Below, piece by piece: positions 1 through 8,839 of a stretch of DNA of 64,000 nt. The stretch's first letter is position 1. The number at the start of each line of letters is the position of its first letter. Location: IMG/VR virus record IMGVR_UViG_3300009093_000040; one strand, written 5' to 3'. A model generated the notes under the pieces. That model worked only from the letters and a program-made list of their open reading frames with translations, was not told the DNA's origin and ran no database searches. A program made the translations under genes and the position numbers. The DNA is from a virus. Its lineage: Duplodnaviria; Heunggongvirae; Uroviricota; Caudoviricetes.

Positions 1-334
1 CATTTTCATGAACAGGACTGTCAAGTGTTTGCAATACTTCCTGACGTTGCTTTACAGCAAGCTGGGCAAGCTCTAGCTCTTTGTTTAATTTGGTTAATTC
101 AGGGTCATTACAGTTGCTATAATCCCAACGGATACCAGCTTCTTTAGTACTGAATTCAGCTCCAAATAATTCAAAAGATTTTCCCGGATACTTTTTTGCT
201 TCAATTAAAGCTAACTCGGTTATTTTAGGCTTTAGTGTTTCAAAGCTTTTTTCAATTGCTTTAAAAGCTTTAAGAACACCTAACGGATTACTGTTACCTT
301 CTTCTAGTGCATTTTTTACATGATCCACGAACAT
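1..334 (-). CDS. Conserved hypothetical phage protein, 3' end runs off the window
   Basis: Hand-translated open frame from ATG 334 (MFVDHVKNALEEG...GIRWDYSNCNDPEL...) with no stop before position 1; not in the ORF track. Confidence 0.7.
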   Translation of the reverse strand, partial: MFVDHVKNALEEGNSNPLGVLKAFKAIEKSFETLKPKITELALIEAKKYPGKSFELFGAEFSTKEAGIRWDYSNCNDPELTKLNKELELAQLAVKQRQEVLQTLDSPVHEN

Positions 335-366
335 GTTTATTTCTATCTTACTGCCCGGTAAATTAT

Positions 367-978
367 CTAAAACTGACAATTCCATACTTTAAATCTCCTT
401 CCTATATGTTGGTTATACTTAGTTACTGTTTTTGTGTTGTCCGAATATCCATCATGTTGAAGAGCTACAAATGGATAAGTGCAATAAGATTTAGCGTTTC
501 CAAAATTAGGTACTGTCAACCAAAAATCCAAGTTATATGTTTCATCCGCTGATAAAAATTTATCATAAAACTTTTCTTTTACAATGTAACAGTGTAGCCC
601 GCTTAATTTTTCTGTAGCATGTGCAAGAGTATCTGTTATTGGTTGAAACACTCCGTCATAACAACCTGCAAAAAACAGATCACCATCGGCAGGCATGTTC
701 TCGTATTCTGTTAAAAAGCGCTTAAAACTTTTATCACATACAAACCAAACATCATCTTCAAGTATACATACTTCTTTTGCACCGGCATCCTTAGCTTTTT
801 GCACACACATTTTATGTGATTGTGAGATGCCACGTTGAGGGAATTTAGGGACCATGATTGCTTTTACTATCTCAGCATCAAGCATCTCTTCGCAATGTTG
901 CGTTTGAACTTCCAACTCTTTCATTAGTCGTTCTCTGCGCGCTGTATTTTCTATATTATGAATTATGTATGTCAGCAT
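367..978 (-). CDS. Glycosyltransferase family 25-like protein
   Basis: Motifs RRERL, GISQSHK..C, ILEDDV and LSGLHCYIV typical of GT25/LPS glycosyltransferases. Confidence 0.75.
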   Translation of the reverse strand: MLTYIIHNIENTARRERLMKELEVQTQHCEEMLDAEIVKAIMVPKFPQRGISQSHKMCVQKAKDAGAKEVCILEDDVWFVCDKSFKRFLTEYENMPADGDLFFAGCYDGVFQPITDTLAHATEKLSGLHCYIVKEKFYDKFLSADETYNLDFWLTVPNFGNAKSYCTYPFVALQHDGYSDNTKTVTKYNQHIGRRFKVWNCQF

Positions 979-981
979 AGT

Positions 982-1305
982 TTATTCTTTAATCATTTTT
1001 ATACCACCTAGCGGCTTTAAACAATCCATAATTAGTTTTCTCACAAAAATTTCGAAATTTTCTCGTGAGTTTAATTCCATTTCTTTTTCAACAGGAATAT
1101 TTTCATAGTGTTGTTCTGCTTCTGAGGACCATAATCTCATTCCTAAAAATAAGATGGTATGATTATTACCTGTAGAAGTTAAAACTAAACAACGAATGCA
1201 ATTCTCAGGTGGTATACCTGTTATTTCACCCATTTGTTTTGCCATTTCCAAGTTGAGGTCTTCAACCATCATGGATGCCATATTTAAGTCTAATAAACTA
1301 CTCAT
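982..1305 (-). CDS. Hypothetical protein
   Basis: 107-aa ORF tightly packed in a minus-strand operon. Confidence 0.65.
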   Translation of the reverse strand: MSSLLDLNMASMMVEDLNLEMAKQMGEITGIPPENCIRCLVLTSTGNNHTILFLGMRLWSSEAEQHYENIPVEKEMELNSRENFEIFVRKLIMDCLKPLGGIKMIKE

Positions 1306-1594
1306 CTTTAAGTTTTTTAATTAATTGATCTGCTACCTCCAAAGCATAATCAGCAGCTAACTCTGCTGTGACGCGCGCATCTGCGGTTTTGATTATTACT
1401 CCTGATGCGATTTCCATTCGCAATTTTTCGTAATCAATTTTTGATTCTGTTGGGTTGTTTTCTTTTTTACCTGTTTGGTGTTCAGCCCACTTTTTAAGTT
1501 GTTCAGGTAATTCACCTAAATACTTTACCGGGCATTTTCTGATACTCTTAATGAGCTCTTCCGCTGTAAATTCTAAATACTCTTCGCCTTTCAT
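1298..1594 (-). CDS. Hypothetical protein
   Basis: 98-aa ORF overlapping its neighbour. Confidence 0.65.
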   Translation of the reverse strand: MKGEEYLEFTAEELIKSIRKCPVKYLGELPEQLKKWAEHQTGKKENNPTESKIDYEKLRMEIASGVIIKTADARVTAELAADYALEVADQLIKKLKDE

Positions 1595-1601
1595 CTTTTT
1601 T

Positions 1602-2078
1602 TTAAATTAATTTATAAATTCCTAACTCTACGAGTTGTTTGACTGTATATGTGACTAACTCATCCTTTGCCATTACTGTTTGGTTAACCCCGTAACCAAG
1701 TTGAATTAACAATTGATGTTGTTTATCTAACATACCTTTTGTTGGAATATGATCTGTATAAGGCTGTCCACCGAAAGAATGTCTAATGACTAAAATATCA
1801 TTTGAAATTTTTATTTCTTCTATGTGAGTAGGATGAGCATGAAATCCTAAATTAGTAACCGATAATAATTTTTTAGCATCTTCTTGGGTTAATTTAGATA
1901 AATCTTTCACATTTATAAAACAACCATCGTATGCTTTTTCATCCATTCTTAAAGCACCACAATCACCATAATCTAATGTTGTAGAAGAATAGCCGCTTAA
2001 TTCAAAATCATCTTTTAAAGTGATTTTAACTACTCCTACATAAGGAGCATATATAATTGCTTTTAATTCGTTTTTCAT
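1602..2078 (-). CDS. Hypothetical protein
   Basis: 158-aa ORF in operon. Confidence 0.65.
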   Translation of the reverse strand: MKNELKAIIYAPYVGVVKITLKDDFELSGYSSTTLDYGDCGALRMDEKAYDGCFINVKDLSKLTQEDAKKLLSVTNLGFHAHPTHIEEIKISNDILVIRHSFGGQPYTDHIPTKGMLDKQHQLLIQLGYGVNQTVMAKDELVTYTVKQLVELGIYKLI

Positions 2079-2527
2079 TTCTTTGAAAGTTTACTTGCGA
2101 TTCTTAAAACAGTTTCTGCGTTGTCTGGATTTAACCATTCTTTTGCTACAGCCCACCCTAATGATTTCTTAGGAACAAAATTATCCACCTTAGTTGAATG
2201 ATGCGATAGTTTACCTTCAGTGGGTTTTAATCCTAAGTCATGAAGTTTACATAAACCATTTTCGAACAGAACACAATGACCTTTTTGTACATCATACTCT
2301 AATTGAAACATAGGTACAATGTCTTCAGTAACTCTCATCAGTATACCAGCTGCCCAATCTGTAGGGAAAACTTTATCTCCATAACCAGCATCAATTATCT
2401 TTTCGATGTCATCTGGTGTACCTAAACATGGAGAAACGGTGCATTGTTTTTTACAATCGTTACACTTGCACGATACTGGTTTCCTTCCTGTTTTTCTAAT
2501 AATTTTTGCGAATGTCGATTCAGGCAT
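2075..2527 (-). CDS. Cys-cluster (YkgJ-like zinc/iron-binding) protein
   Basis: CxCxxCxxxC...PC and C.LF.NGLC.LH motifs; start moved to ATG 2527 (MPEST). Confidence 0.55.
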   Translation of the reverse strand: MPESTFAKIIRKTGRKPVSCKCNDCKKQCTVSPCLGTPDDIEKIIDAGYGDKVFPTDWAAGILMRVTEDIVPMFQLEYDVQKGHCVLFENGLCKLHDLGLKPTEGKLSHHSTKVDNFVPKKSLGWAVAKEWLNPDNAETVLRIASKLSKK

Positions 2528-2990
2528 GTTTTTTTCTATTTTGTTGGATTTGAATTTCTTTTCTAACCTTTTGATAAAACTCAGTAATAAATTTATCACC
2601 GAGCTCTAACAAATTACTTATCTTTTTTGACGAATGAATAGTAAGAGCACTATCACCAATTCCTAAATGGTCCACCATCATCTTTGCTGTGAAACCCATC
2701 TCTTTGGCTAAAGCAAAATACATCTGTCTACATAGCACAACCTCTTTGAGTTTAATCTTTTTTCCAATGTGGTATTTCGCAAAGACTTCAGGATAATACA
2801 CCTTACCTACTTCATTGCAGGCATCCTGCAACTCAACAAGTGAAACATCATTTAGTACATGTTTGTTTGGTGAATCTTTCCTGATGTCAAAAATTACGTG
2901 AGGTCTTATACCAAATTCTCTAAAAAACTCTTCTCTAAAGTTGTATGCTTTCTCGTTTGCTTTTTTTACTCTTTCCTGCTGCGCGTCCAT
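2520..2990 (-). CDS. DnaA C-terminal-like HTH DNA-binding protein
   Basis: EVVLCRQMYFALAKEMG...ALTIHSSKKI resembles the DnaA domain IV signature. Confidence 0.55.
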   Translation of the reverse strand: MDAQQERVKKANEKAYNFREEFFREFGIRPHVIFDIRKDSPNKHVLNDVSLVELQDACNEVGKVYYPEVFAKYHIGKKIKLKEVVLCRQMYFALAKEMGFTAKMMVDHLGIGDSALTIHSSKKISNLLELGDKFITEFYQKVRKEIQIQQNRKKHA

Positions 2991-2993
2991 AGT

Positions 2994-3737
2994 TTATCCT
3001 AAGAATTTTTGTCCTGATTCTGCAATACGTTTAATTTGTTCTGGATCTGTAAAATCTTTAATTTTTTCATTAATTGTACAAATAGATTTAATCATATTTA
3101 CAAATAATCGAGCAATGGCTTCTGTATATTCTATTTCTTTAACCTCACTTGAACTATTCGGAGCCATGTGAACGACTGAACATAACCATTCTAATTCAGG
3201 TTTATTTTCACAATCATCTGCATCTACTAATTCCTTTTCTACTTTTATTTTACCACTTTTAAATTTATATACTTTTTTAAAATAAGGTTTAACATATACT
3301 TCTAAACTATAGTTACCCATATTATTAGTATCTAATCTACTATTTCCAGAATACCATTTATAATTTTCCGTTTTTGTAAATTTATGTCTACCGTTTGGGA
3401 CTATGTTTTTATCTGGATCTAAACAATAAGAACAAGCCGTGGATATTTGATATTCTATAATTACTGTATCACTAATTAATGTTTTAGTCATATAATCTTT
3501 ACACATATCAAGAACCTTTTTGTTTAATTCAGGTAAACTACTTGCTTCAAAAAACCCATGTTTTCTTTGTAAATTATATCCCATTTTAAAACCAGCTGCG
3601 ACGAATAAAGCTACTATATTATCAGGTAACATTGTAGTAAAACTACCATCAAAATTTACATATACCTCATAGCTAAATTGAAATTCATTTCGTTCAGATC
3701 CATGTAAACATACTTTTTCTGTTTTTAATCTTCCCAT
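2994..3737 (-). CDS. Hypothetical protein
   Basis: 247-aa ORF in operon. Confidence 0.7.
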   Translation of the reverse strand: MGRLKTEKVCLHGSERNEFQFSYEVYVNFDGSFTTMLPDNIVALFVAAGFKMGYNLQRKHGFFEASSLPELNKKVLDMCKDYMTKTLISDTVIIEYQISTACSYCLDPDKNIVPNGRHKFTKTENYKWYSGNSRLDTNNMGNYSLEVYVKPYFKKVYKFKSGKIKVEKELVDADDCENKPELEWLCSVVHMAPNSSSEVKEIEYTEAIARLFVNMIKSICTINEKIKDFTDPEQIKRIAESGQKFLG

Positions 3738-3741
3738 AATT

Positions 3742-4122
3742 TTATTTTTTTCTTGATACTTCTATATGTGATATTGCTAATAGTTCAGTGTAACTTAAAT
3801 GTGGATTAAATAAAAGTTTTCCATCTACTTTAAAACCTTCCATCACCTCGTGCTCAACGGTTAATTTAAATGCAAGAAATAAAGTTTTGATAACTTCATC
3901 TTCAGTCATGTGCTCAGACAAATAAAACTTACGTCCGTGCCAGTTTTCTAATTTCTTTGATTTGTTGCATTTAGCTTTGTAAATTATTTGTAAGAACACT
4001 CTACCTTTTGTTTTGTAAACGTTATCACGTTCCACGCGTATCTCAAATTTTTGTTCAAATAAACCGCAACTTACTCTTTTGCAAATTGCTTTAGCATTTT
4101 CAAGTATTAAGTCTTTTTTCAT
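3742..4122 (-). CDS. Conserved hypothetical phage protein
   Basis: WHGRKFYLSEHMTEDEVIKT...EHEVMEGFK segment recalls a widespread phage family; overlaps the RT stop. Confidence 0.65.
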   Translation of the reverse strand: MKKDLILENAKAICKRVSCGLFEQKFEIRVERDNVYKTKGRVFLQIIYKAKCNKSKKLENWHGRKFYLSEHMTEDEVIKTLFLAFKLTVEHEVMEGFKVDGKLLFNPHLSYTELLAISHIEVSRKK

Positions 4123-5071
4123 TTTGAAGTAGTTTTTTCATTAAGTTTTTACCATTACAGTGTACAACCCATCCTTTATAAGCAGCAACCGAGGATGTTC
4201 TGTAATTTCTTTTCAACATTTTTGCAAAACGTTTTTTGATTCGTTTTCTAAGTAAAATATGAGTGTGGTAGAATTTGTAACCTACAAAATCAATTCCTCT
4301 TGCTTTAACTGGAAATATTTGCCAATTTTTCTTTATCTCTAGTTTTAAATTTTCTCTCAAATAAGCTGATATTTCAAAAAATAACTCTCTAAGGTGTTCT
4401 TTACTATGAGATAAAATTACTATATCATCAGCATATCTAAAATAATGTTTTACTTTTTTATTTTCTTTAATCCGGTGATCAAAATATGCAAGATAAAAAT
4501 TAGCAAAATATTGTGAAAGATAATTACCTATGGGAACACCGGGTGCAGAATCTATTATTTCGTCTAAAAGATTTAGTAAATCTTTATCTTTAATTTTTCG
4601 ACGTAATAAAGTTTTCAAAATCTCATGGTCGATATTAGGATAAAATTTTCTTATATCTAATTTTAAACAGTATTGAGTGCCTTCTACATCTAATAATGAT
4701 TTTCTAACTGCACGTAAAGCAGCATGAATTCCTTTGTTTTTTATACAACTATAAGTGTCGCTTGTAAATGTTGAAACAAATACAGGTTCCAAAAAATTCA
4801 TGATTGCATGATGAAGTATTCTATCTGGAAAATAAGGAAGGCGAAATATTTCACGTTCCTTTGGATCATAAATTTTAAAAACACTATAAGGAGATGTTTT
4901 ATAAGTTTTATTTACCAACATTTCATTCAGCTTTAAAATATTTTCATCACGCATTTTATCATGCTTAATTACTCCTGCTTGAAATTGCTTACCTTTTCTA
5001 GCTTTTTTATCAGCTAACAATAAGTTTTCAATAGTGCAAATATTTTGAAATATATCTTTTATTCGTTTCAT
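4100..5071 (-). CDS. DGR reverse transcriptase
   Basis: LKLDIRKFYPNIDH, GVPIGNYLSQ (DGR-type GxxxSQ) and YFRYADD catalytic motif; about 323 aa from ATG 5071 (track start 5089 is TTG). Confidence 0.95.
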   Translation of the reverse strand: MKRIKDIFQNICTIENLLLADKKARKGKQFQAGVIKHDKMRDENILKLNEMLVNKTYKTSPYSVFKIYDPKEREIFRLPYFPDRILHHAIMNFLEPVFVSTFTSDTYSCIKNKGIHAALRAVRKSLLDVEGTQYCLKLDIRKFYPNIDHEILKTLLRRKIKDKDLLNLLDEIIDSAPGVPIGNYLSQYFANFYLAYFDHRIKENKKVKHYFRYADDIVILSHSKEHLRELFFEISAYLRENLKLEIKKNWQIFPVKARGIDFVGYKFYHTHILLRKRIKKRFAKMLKRNYRTSSVAAYKGWVVHCNGKNLMKKLLQNEKRLNT

Positions 5072-5140
5072 TTTTTCCTTTGCTTTCAAAGTCGTTTTCG
5101 TCCTTAGCTTACTAACGCCTTCTTTTTAGCATTTATTTTT

Positions 5141-5154
5141 TTGCCTAGAGGCAA
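5141..5154 (-). other. Hairpin in DGR spacer RNA between TR and RT
   Basis: TTGCC-TCTA-GGCAA followed by an A-run on the minus strand. Confidence 0.55.
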
Positions 5155-5185
5155 GGTCTATGTTACTTGTTTTAAAAGCAAATTA

Positions 5186-5246
5186 GGGAGCTGACATAAG
5201 AATTAGTATTCCAATTGTTGTAGTTCGTATAGGAAAAGCTAAATCC
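5186..5246 (-). repeat. DGR template repeat (TR)
   Basis: GGATTTAGCTTTTCCTATACGAACTACAACAATTGGAATACTAATTCTTATGTCAGCTCCC, rich in AAC/AAT, 18 adenines. Confidence 0.95.
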
Positions 5247-5303
5247 TGTGTGACTTAGCATTTTCTTACAACAGTCAGCCGCATAACATACAACCCTTTT
5301 AAT

Positions 5304-5696
5304 TTATTTACCTTCAAAATATTCTTTGTATAGCTTTAGGAAATGTGTTCCTGCATATTTGGCTAATTCTGAAGATTTATATGTGAGGAGGGAGCCGACA
5401 TAAGAAAAAGTACGCCAATAGTAGGAGTACGTACAGGAAAAGCCAAAGCCCGGTTTGTCCATCTCGAATATAGGTTCATATTTATATTGACTTGTATCTT
5501 TCCAGTTAGGTTTCCAACCTTGATTTAAAGCTTCTGCTATCACCATTAACTTATAGTGTGCTACAATTGATTTCTGACATTTTCTAGGTAATCCTATTAC
5601 GGTAGGTAATATTTTGGGATCACGTTTTAATAATTTACATGCATCCTGAAATGTTTTTACGCATTCCATAACTGGTTTTTGTTCTGTTTTTTTCAT
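5304..5696 (-). CDS. DGR target protein 1 (130 aa)
   Basis: Contains VR1; paralog of 5707-6162 (VKTF.DAC, ALN.GWKP, YKYEP, ELAKYAGT.FL). Confidence 0.9.
   Translation of the reverse strand: MKKTEQKPVMECVKTFQDACKLLKRDPKILPTVIGLPRKCQKSIVAHYKLMVIAEALNQGWKPNWKDTSQYKYEPIFEMDKPGFGFSCTYSYYWRTFSYVGSLLTYKSSELAKYAGTHFLKLYKEYFEGK
5390..5450 (-). repeat. DGR variable repeat VR1
   Basis: 61-nt alignment to TR with 12 mismatches, all opposite TR adenines. Confidence 0.95.
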
Positions 5697-5706
5697 GTTT
5701 GTTGGT

Positions 5707-6162
5707 TTAAGGATTATGGTGTTCTTTATATTCTTCTAAAAATTGAGTTCCGGCATATTTAGCAAGTTCGGCTGATTTTAGGACGAGGAGGGAGCCGACA
5801 GAAGAATCAGTATGCCAATAGTAGTAGTACGCATAGGAAAAGCCATCCCTAGTCATTTTGAAGCATGGTTCATATTTATACTCATTGTTATTATTGTAAT
5901 CAGGTTTCCACCCTTCATTAAGTGCTCTTACTATAATTTTGAGTTTCTTATACGCAATTTCATCTTTTGTGTCTAATGTATTGTTTGTAATCTGTGTAGG
6001 ATTTATACCTAACTCTCGACATGCATCACTAAATGTTTTTACTCTGTCGGTTACTTTTTGTGGAGCTTCCACAATGTTTTTTAAAACGAGTAGTCTTTCT
6101 TCAAAAACGAGTAGTCTTTCTTCAATCGTTTTAATTTCCTTTTTTGCTGCTTCTTTATCCAT
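5707..6162 (-). CDS. DGR target protein 2 (151 aa)
   Basis: Contains VR2; extra N-terminal coiled-coil-like segment. Confidence 0.9.
   Translation of the reverse strand: MDKEAAKKEIKTIEERLLVFEERLLVLKNIVEAPQKVTDRVKTFSDACRELGINPTQITNNTLDTKDEIAYKKLKIIVRALNEGWKPDYNNNNEYKYEPCFKMTRDGFSYAYYYYWHTDSSVGSLLVLKSAELAKYAGTQFLEEYKEHHNP
5790..5845 (-). repeat. DGR variable repeat VR2
   Basis: 56-nt alignment to TR with 9 mismatches, all opposite TR adenines. Confidence 0.95.
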
Positions 6163-6177
6163 TTTTGTTTTTTTTTA

Positions 6178-6612
6178 TTATGTTAAACGTAATTCACTTA
6201 ATCCTAGTTTAATTGCTTCTGCTGGGTGATCAGTTACCCAGCTGTGGCAGTTATGACATCCAGCCATGAAGGTGGTATCATCTAAATAATATTTTCCTCT
6301 CCCTTTTTTATGGTGCACTTCAGTTGCTGTATTGGTACAATCTTTCAAATTCATTTGACAAAAAGGATGATTCTTTAAAAATTGTTTCCTCAAAATGGAA
6401 TACAACACATCTTCCTTTTCTCTTTTTGAAGATCGAGGGCGTATAGGTTTTTGCCTATTGTTTGTTGGTTTACCGTTATTCGTATCGTTTTGGCAACTCT
6501 TACTTTTATAACAGCTTTGGCAATACCTTTTACGCTCCTCGCCTTCAATTACATTTTTCCAGATTGGTTTATCTTTCTGGCAACCGTCACACTTTTTTAA
6601 TTTAATTTTCAT
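6178..6612 (-). CDS. Zn-finger/HNH nuclease-like protein
   Basis: N-terminal CxxC...CxxC; C-terminal ATEVHHKKGRG...CHNCH HNH motif. Confidence 0.7.
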   Translation of the reverse strand: MKIKLKKCDGCQKDKPIWKNVIEGEERKRYCQSCYKSKSCQNDTNNGKPTNNRQKPIRPRSSKREKEDVLYSILRKQFLKNHPFCQMNLKDCTNTATEVHHKKGRGKYYLDDTTFMAGCHNCHSWVTDHPAEAIKLGLSELRLT

Positions 6613-6844
6613 TTGCTACGCTTTGTCCGTTTTTAGCAGGCGTTGCATCTGCTGGTTTTAACACTGGTTTCTTTGCTATAAGGACTCCGTTTCTCAATGT
6701 TTTGTTTAATATAACAACAGTGGTCCTTATTTCAGTCAAGTCATTGTTTTGCTTGCACAATGCTTTTAAAGCTTCTTCTTCCAAAGGGTTTTCAGGCGAC
6801 AATAGAAGAGACACTCCTCCGTTTATAATTATTTCTGCTTGCAT
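6602..6844 (-). CDS. Hypothetical protein
   Basis: 80-aa ORF overlapping neighbours. Confidence 0.6.
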   Translation of the reverse strand: MQAEIIINGGVSLLLSPENPLEEEALKALCKQNNDLTEIRTTVVILNKTLRNGVLIAKKPVLKPADATPAKNGQSVANEN

Positions 6845-6846
6845 GT

Positions 6847-7350
6847 TTATTGTAATTCGTAAAAGTTTTTTGGTAAGATTCCTTCTTTAATTAAACGGTC
6901 GATAATAGTAACACGTTCAATTTTTAGATCCTTCATGGTTAGAATTTCGAATCGGAAATTTGAATCTTTTTCTTCAGTAAATTTTCCAGTTAACTCTTTT
7001 GTAATTTGCGTCTTTGGAAATAAAGCTGTGAAAATATGATTTGTCAATTCAATACAAACCTCCTGTTTTAAGAGATTCATAATGTGCCTTGTTTTAATAA
7101 AGTTTTCTTTTATTAAAGCTTTTTCGCGATGCGACATTCTTTTGGATTCTTCTTCATCTAAAGAACGGAGACCGTTCCGAACGCGAAAATATAATTTCTC
7201 TTGTGCTGCATTTAAAGGCTCCAAATCAGCTATCATTTGTCGTGTAGTCATTCTGTTGTTATTTTCAGACACTACGCTATGATAAATATGACGATCATCG
7301 GAAACGTTTTGTAGCCCTGTTGGGGGTTGTTCAATAGTTAAAGTTTGCAT
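6847..7350 (-). CDS. Hypothetical protein
   Basis: ORF; ATG 7350 (MQTLT) preferred over upstream TTG. Confidence 0.65.
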   Translation of the reverse strand: MQTLTIEQPPTGLQNVSDDRHIYHSVVSENNNRMTTRQMIADLEPLNAAQEKLYFRVRNGLRSLDEEESKRMSHREKALIKENFIKTRHIMNLLKQEVCIELTNHIFTALFPKTQITKELTGKFTEEKDSNFRFEILTMKDLKIERVTIIDRLIKEGILPKNFYELQ

Positions 7351-7417
7351 ACTTATAAATTGATTTGGTGAAATTAATACTTTTATTTTAATTAACAAGA
7401 ATTGTTAAAATCTTTTT

Positions 7418-7810
7418 TTAAATTAATTTGAATGCTTCTTTTATTGCCTCATTTAAGGCTTCATAGTAATCATCAAATTTATTTATAGTGGAAAATTTTT
7501 CACGTTCTTTATAATATTCCTTGTGTGAAGTAAAACTTTTTGGTGTAAAAGATAAAGGAACAAAAGTTGCTCTATATTTTTTCACATTAGGAAGTAAATC
7601 AGCATTTACATGAATTCCATGTATATCTCTAAACCAATCTGTTATTTGCTGATAGATGGGTGCAATTACATACGCGCGCGCGATAGAATCATTTGTTGAT
7701 TCTACTCTTAATTGATTATTTTCATGTTTAAAAAATCCAAAACATTTTTTGTCAAATCCTTTTAGTTTAGCTAATAGTGCTAGTTCGTATGGTATAAATA
7801 ATTCTTTCAT
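7418..7810 (-). CDS. Hypothetical protein
   Basis: 130-aa ORF with APIYQQITDWFR..HGIHV motif. Confidence 0.65.
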   Translation of the reverse strand: MKELFIPYELALLAKLKGFDKKCFGFFKHENNQLRVESTNDSIARAYVIAPIYQQITDWFRDIHGIHVNADLLPNVKKYRATFVPLSFTPKSFTSHKEYYKEREKFSTINKFDDYYEALNEAIKEAFKLI

Positions 7811-7855
7811 TTTTTTTATAATTAAAAAGCCCCAGATTTCTCTGAGGCTTCGGGT

Positions 7856-8167
7856 TTAGTCTTCTTCGTCTAAGGGTGCACTTTCTTCCGGATAATGTGG
7901 AAGTTCTTCATCGGGCACCTCGATTCGCTGTCGGAATTCTCCTTCTTGATCTTCGTGGTTAAACTCAACAGTTTTATCTTCATCTGTAAGCTCATCCGAT
8001 TTTTTATCCCTTTTACCTGTTTTCTTTATCACAGAGCCCTGAAAAGCTGATGTGGGATAGTCACCTGCCCCGGAAGCTTCGAAGTCCTGTAAATCGCGAT
8101 CTGTTAGGTTTAAATATTGATCAACGGTTAATTGAATAATCTTTCCGCTGGGCAGTTGATAAATCAT
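7856..8167 (-). CDS. Hypothetical acidic protein
   Basis: 103-aa ORF followed by a hairpin at about 7826-7851. Confidence 0.65.
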   Translation of the reverse strand: MIYQLPSGKIIQLTVDQYLNLTDRDLQDFEASGAGDYPTSAFQGSVIKKTGKRDKKSDELTDEDKTVEFNHEDQEGEFRQRIEVPDEELPHYPEESAPLDEED

Positions 8168-8248
8168 TTTGTAGGAGTTGGTTCCTACAAAAATATAAAA
8201 ATGAGACGGATAATCAACATGTTGTGTATAATTATCCCAAAAACAAAT

Positions 8249-8737
8249 TTATTTATGAAAATACCAGCGTATCGTAAAGCTATTAACTCCTACCCCACCT
8301 TGCTGTAATATAAGCGAATCTGAAGTTATCAGAAAGATTTTGTATTTCGATACAGAACCGCTGAACGGCGATAAGAAATTAATAGTATCATTATTAGCGG
8401 TCCACACATTAATACAATTCGTTTGGGAATTAGAGCTTACAGCATGGTAGCCGGTAACAGTATAATTTCCTGAACTGTCAGTATAAGTACCTCCTTGTAG
8501 ATCCAGAAAGTAATTAGAGCTATTGTAGTGCCCTAAAGTACCGTAGTTATGGTTTACACTATCGCGGCTGCTTTCTTCTTTTAGGTACCATTTACCCATC
8601 ACCGAGCTTTCACAGGAATTTAGGGTGCTTGGTGGAGGAGTTATGACTTTATTGGTTGTTGGGCTGGGGGTGTTGTTTGTTTTTTTACATCCAATAATCG
8701 AGATGGATAATAAAAATAGTAAAAAAAGTTTTTTCAT
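8249..8737 (-). CDS. Lipoprotein, possible lipocalin-like beta-barrel
   Basis: SPII signal MKKLFLLFLLSISIIG-C, Pro/Thr linker, then GKWYLKEE...W...NDTI segment. Confidence 0.7.
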   Translation of the reverse strand: MKKLFLLFLLSISIIGCKKTNNTPSPTTNKVITPPPSTLNSCESSVMGKWYLKEESSRDSVNHNYGTLGHYNSSNYFLDLQGGTYTDSSGNYTVTGYHAVSSNSQTNCINVWTANNDTINFLSPFSGSVSKYKIFLITSDSLILQQGGVGVNSFTIRWYFHK

Positions 8738-8839
8738 GTTTTTGGTTTTAATTATGTAAATATAGTAAAAAATATTATTTGATTAGATTTTGAGAATCCC
8801 AGACATTCAAAATGATTTTCCATCATAAAAAGAAAACAT

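Larger units (their letters stand above)
4100..6162 (-). mobile_element. Diversity-generating retroelement (target2-target1-TR-spacer-RT)
   Basis: DGR-type RT plus a noncoding TR that differs from two in-gene VRs only at TR adenines. Confidence 0.95.

Noticed and set aside
3742-4122. ORF downstream of RT as the DGR Avd
   Set aside because: Its motifs match a different mixed alpha/beta phage family as far as I can recall; no Avd-like pattern was seen.
4100-5071. RT as group II intron, retron or Abi RT
   Set aside because: Short RT with GxxxSQ motif, no maturase/endonuclease extension, and a TR/VR pair with adenine-specific mismatches identify it as a DGR.
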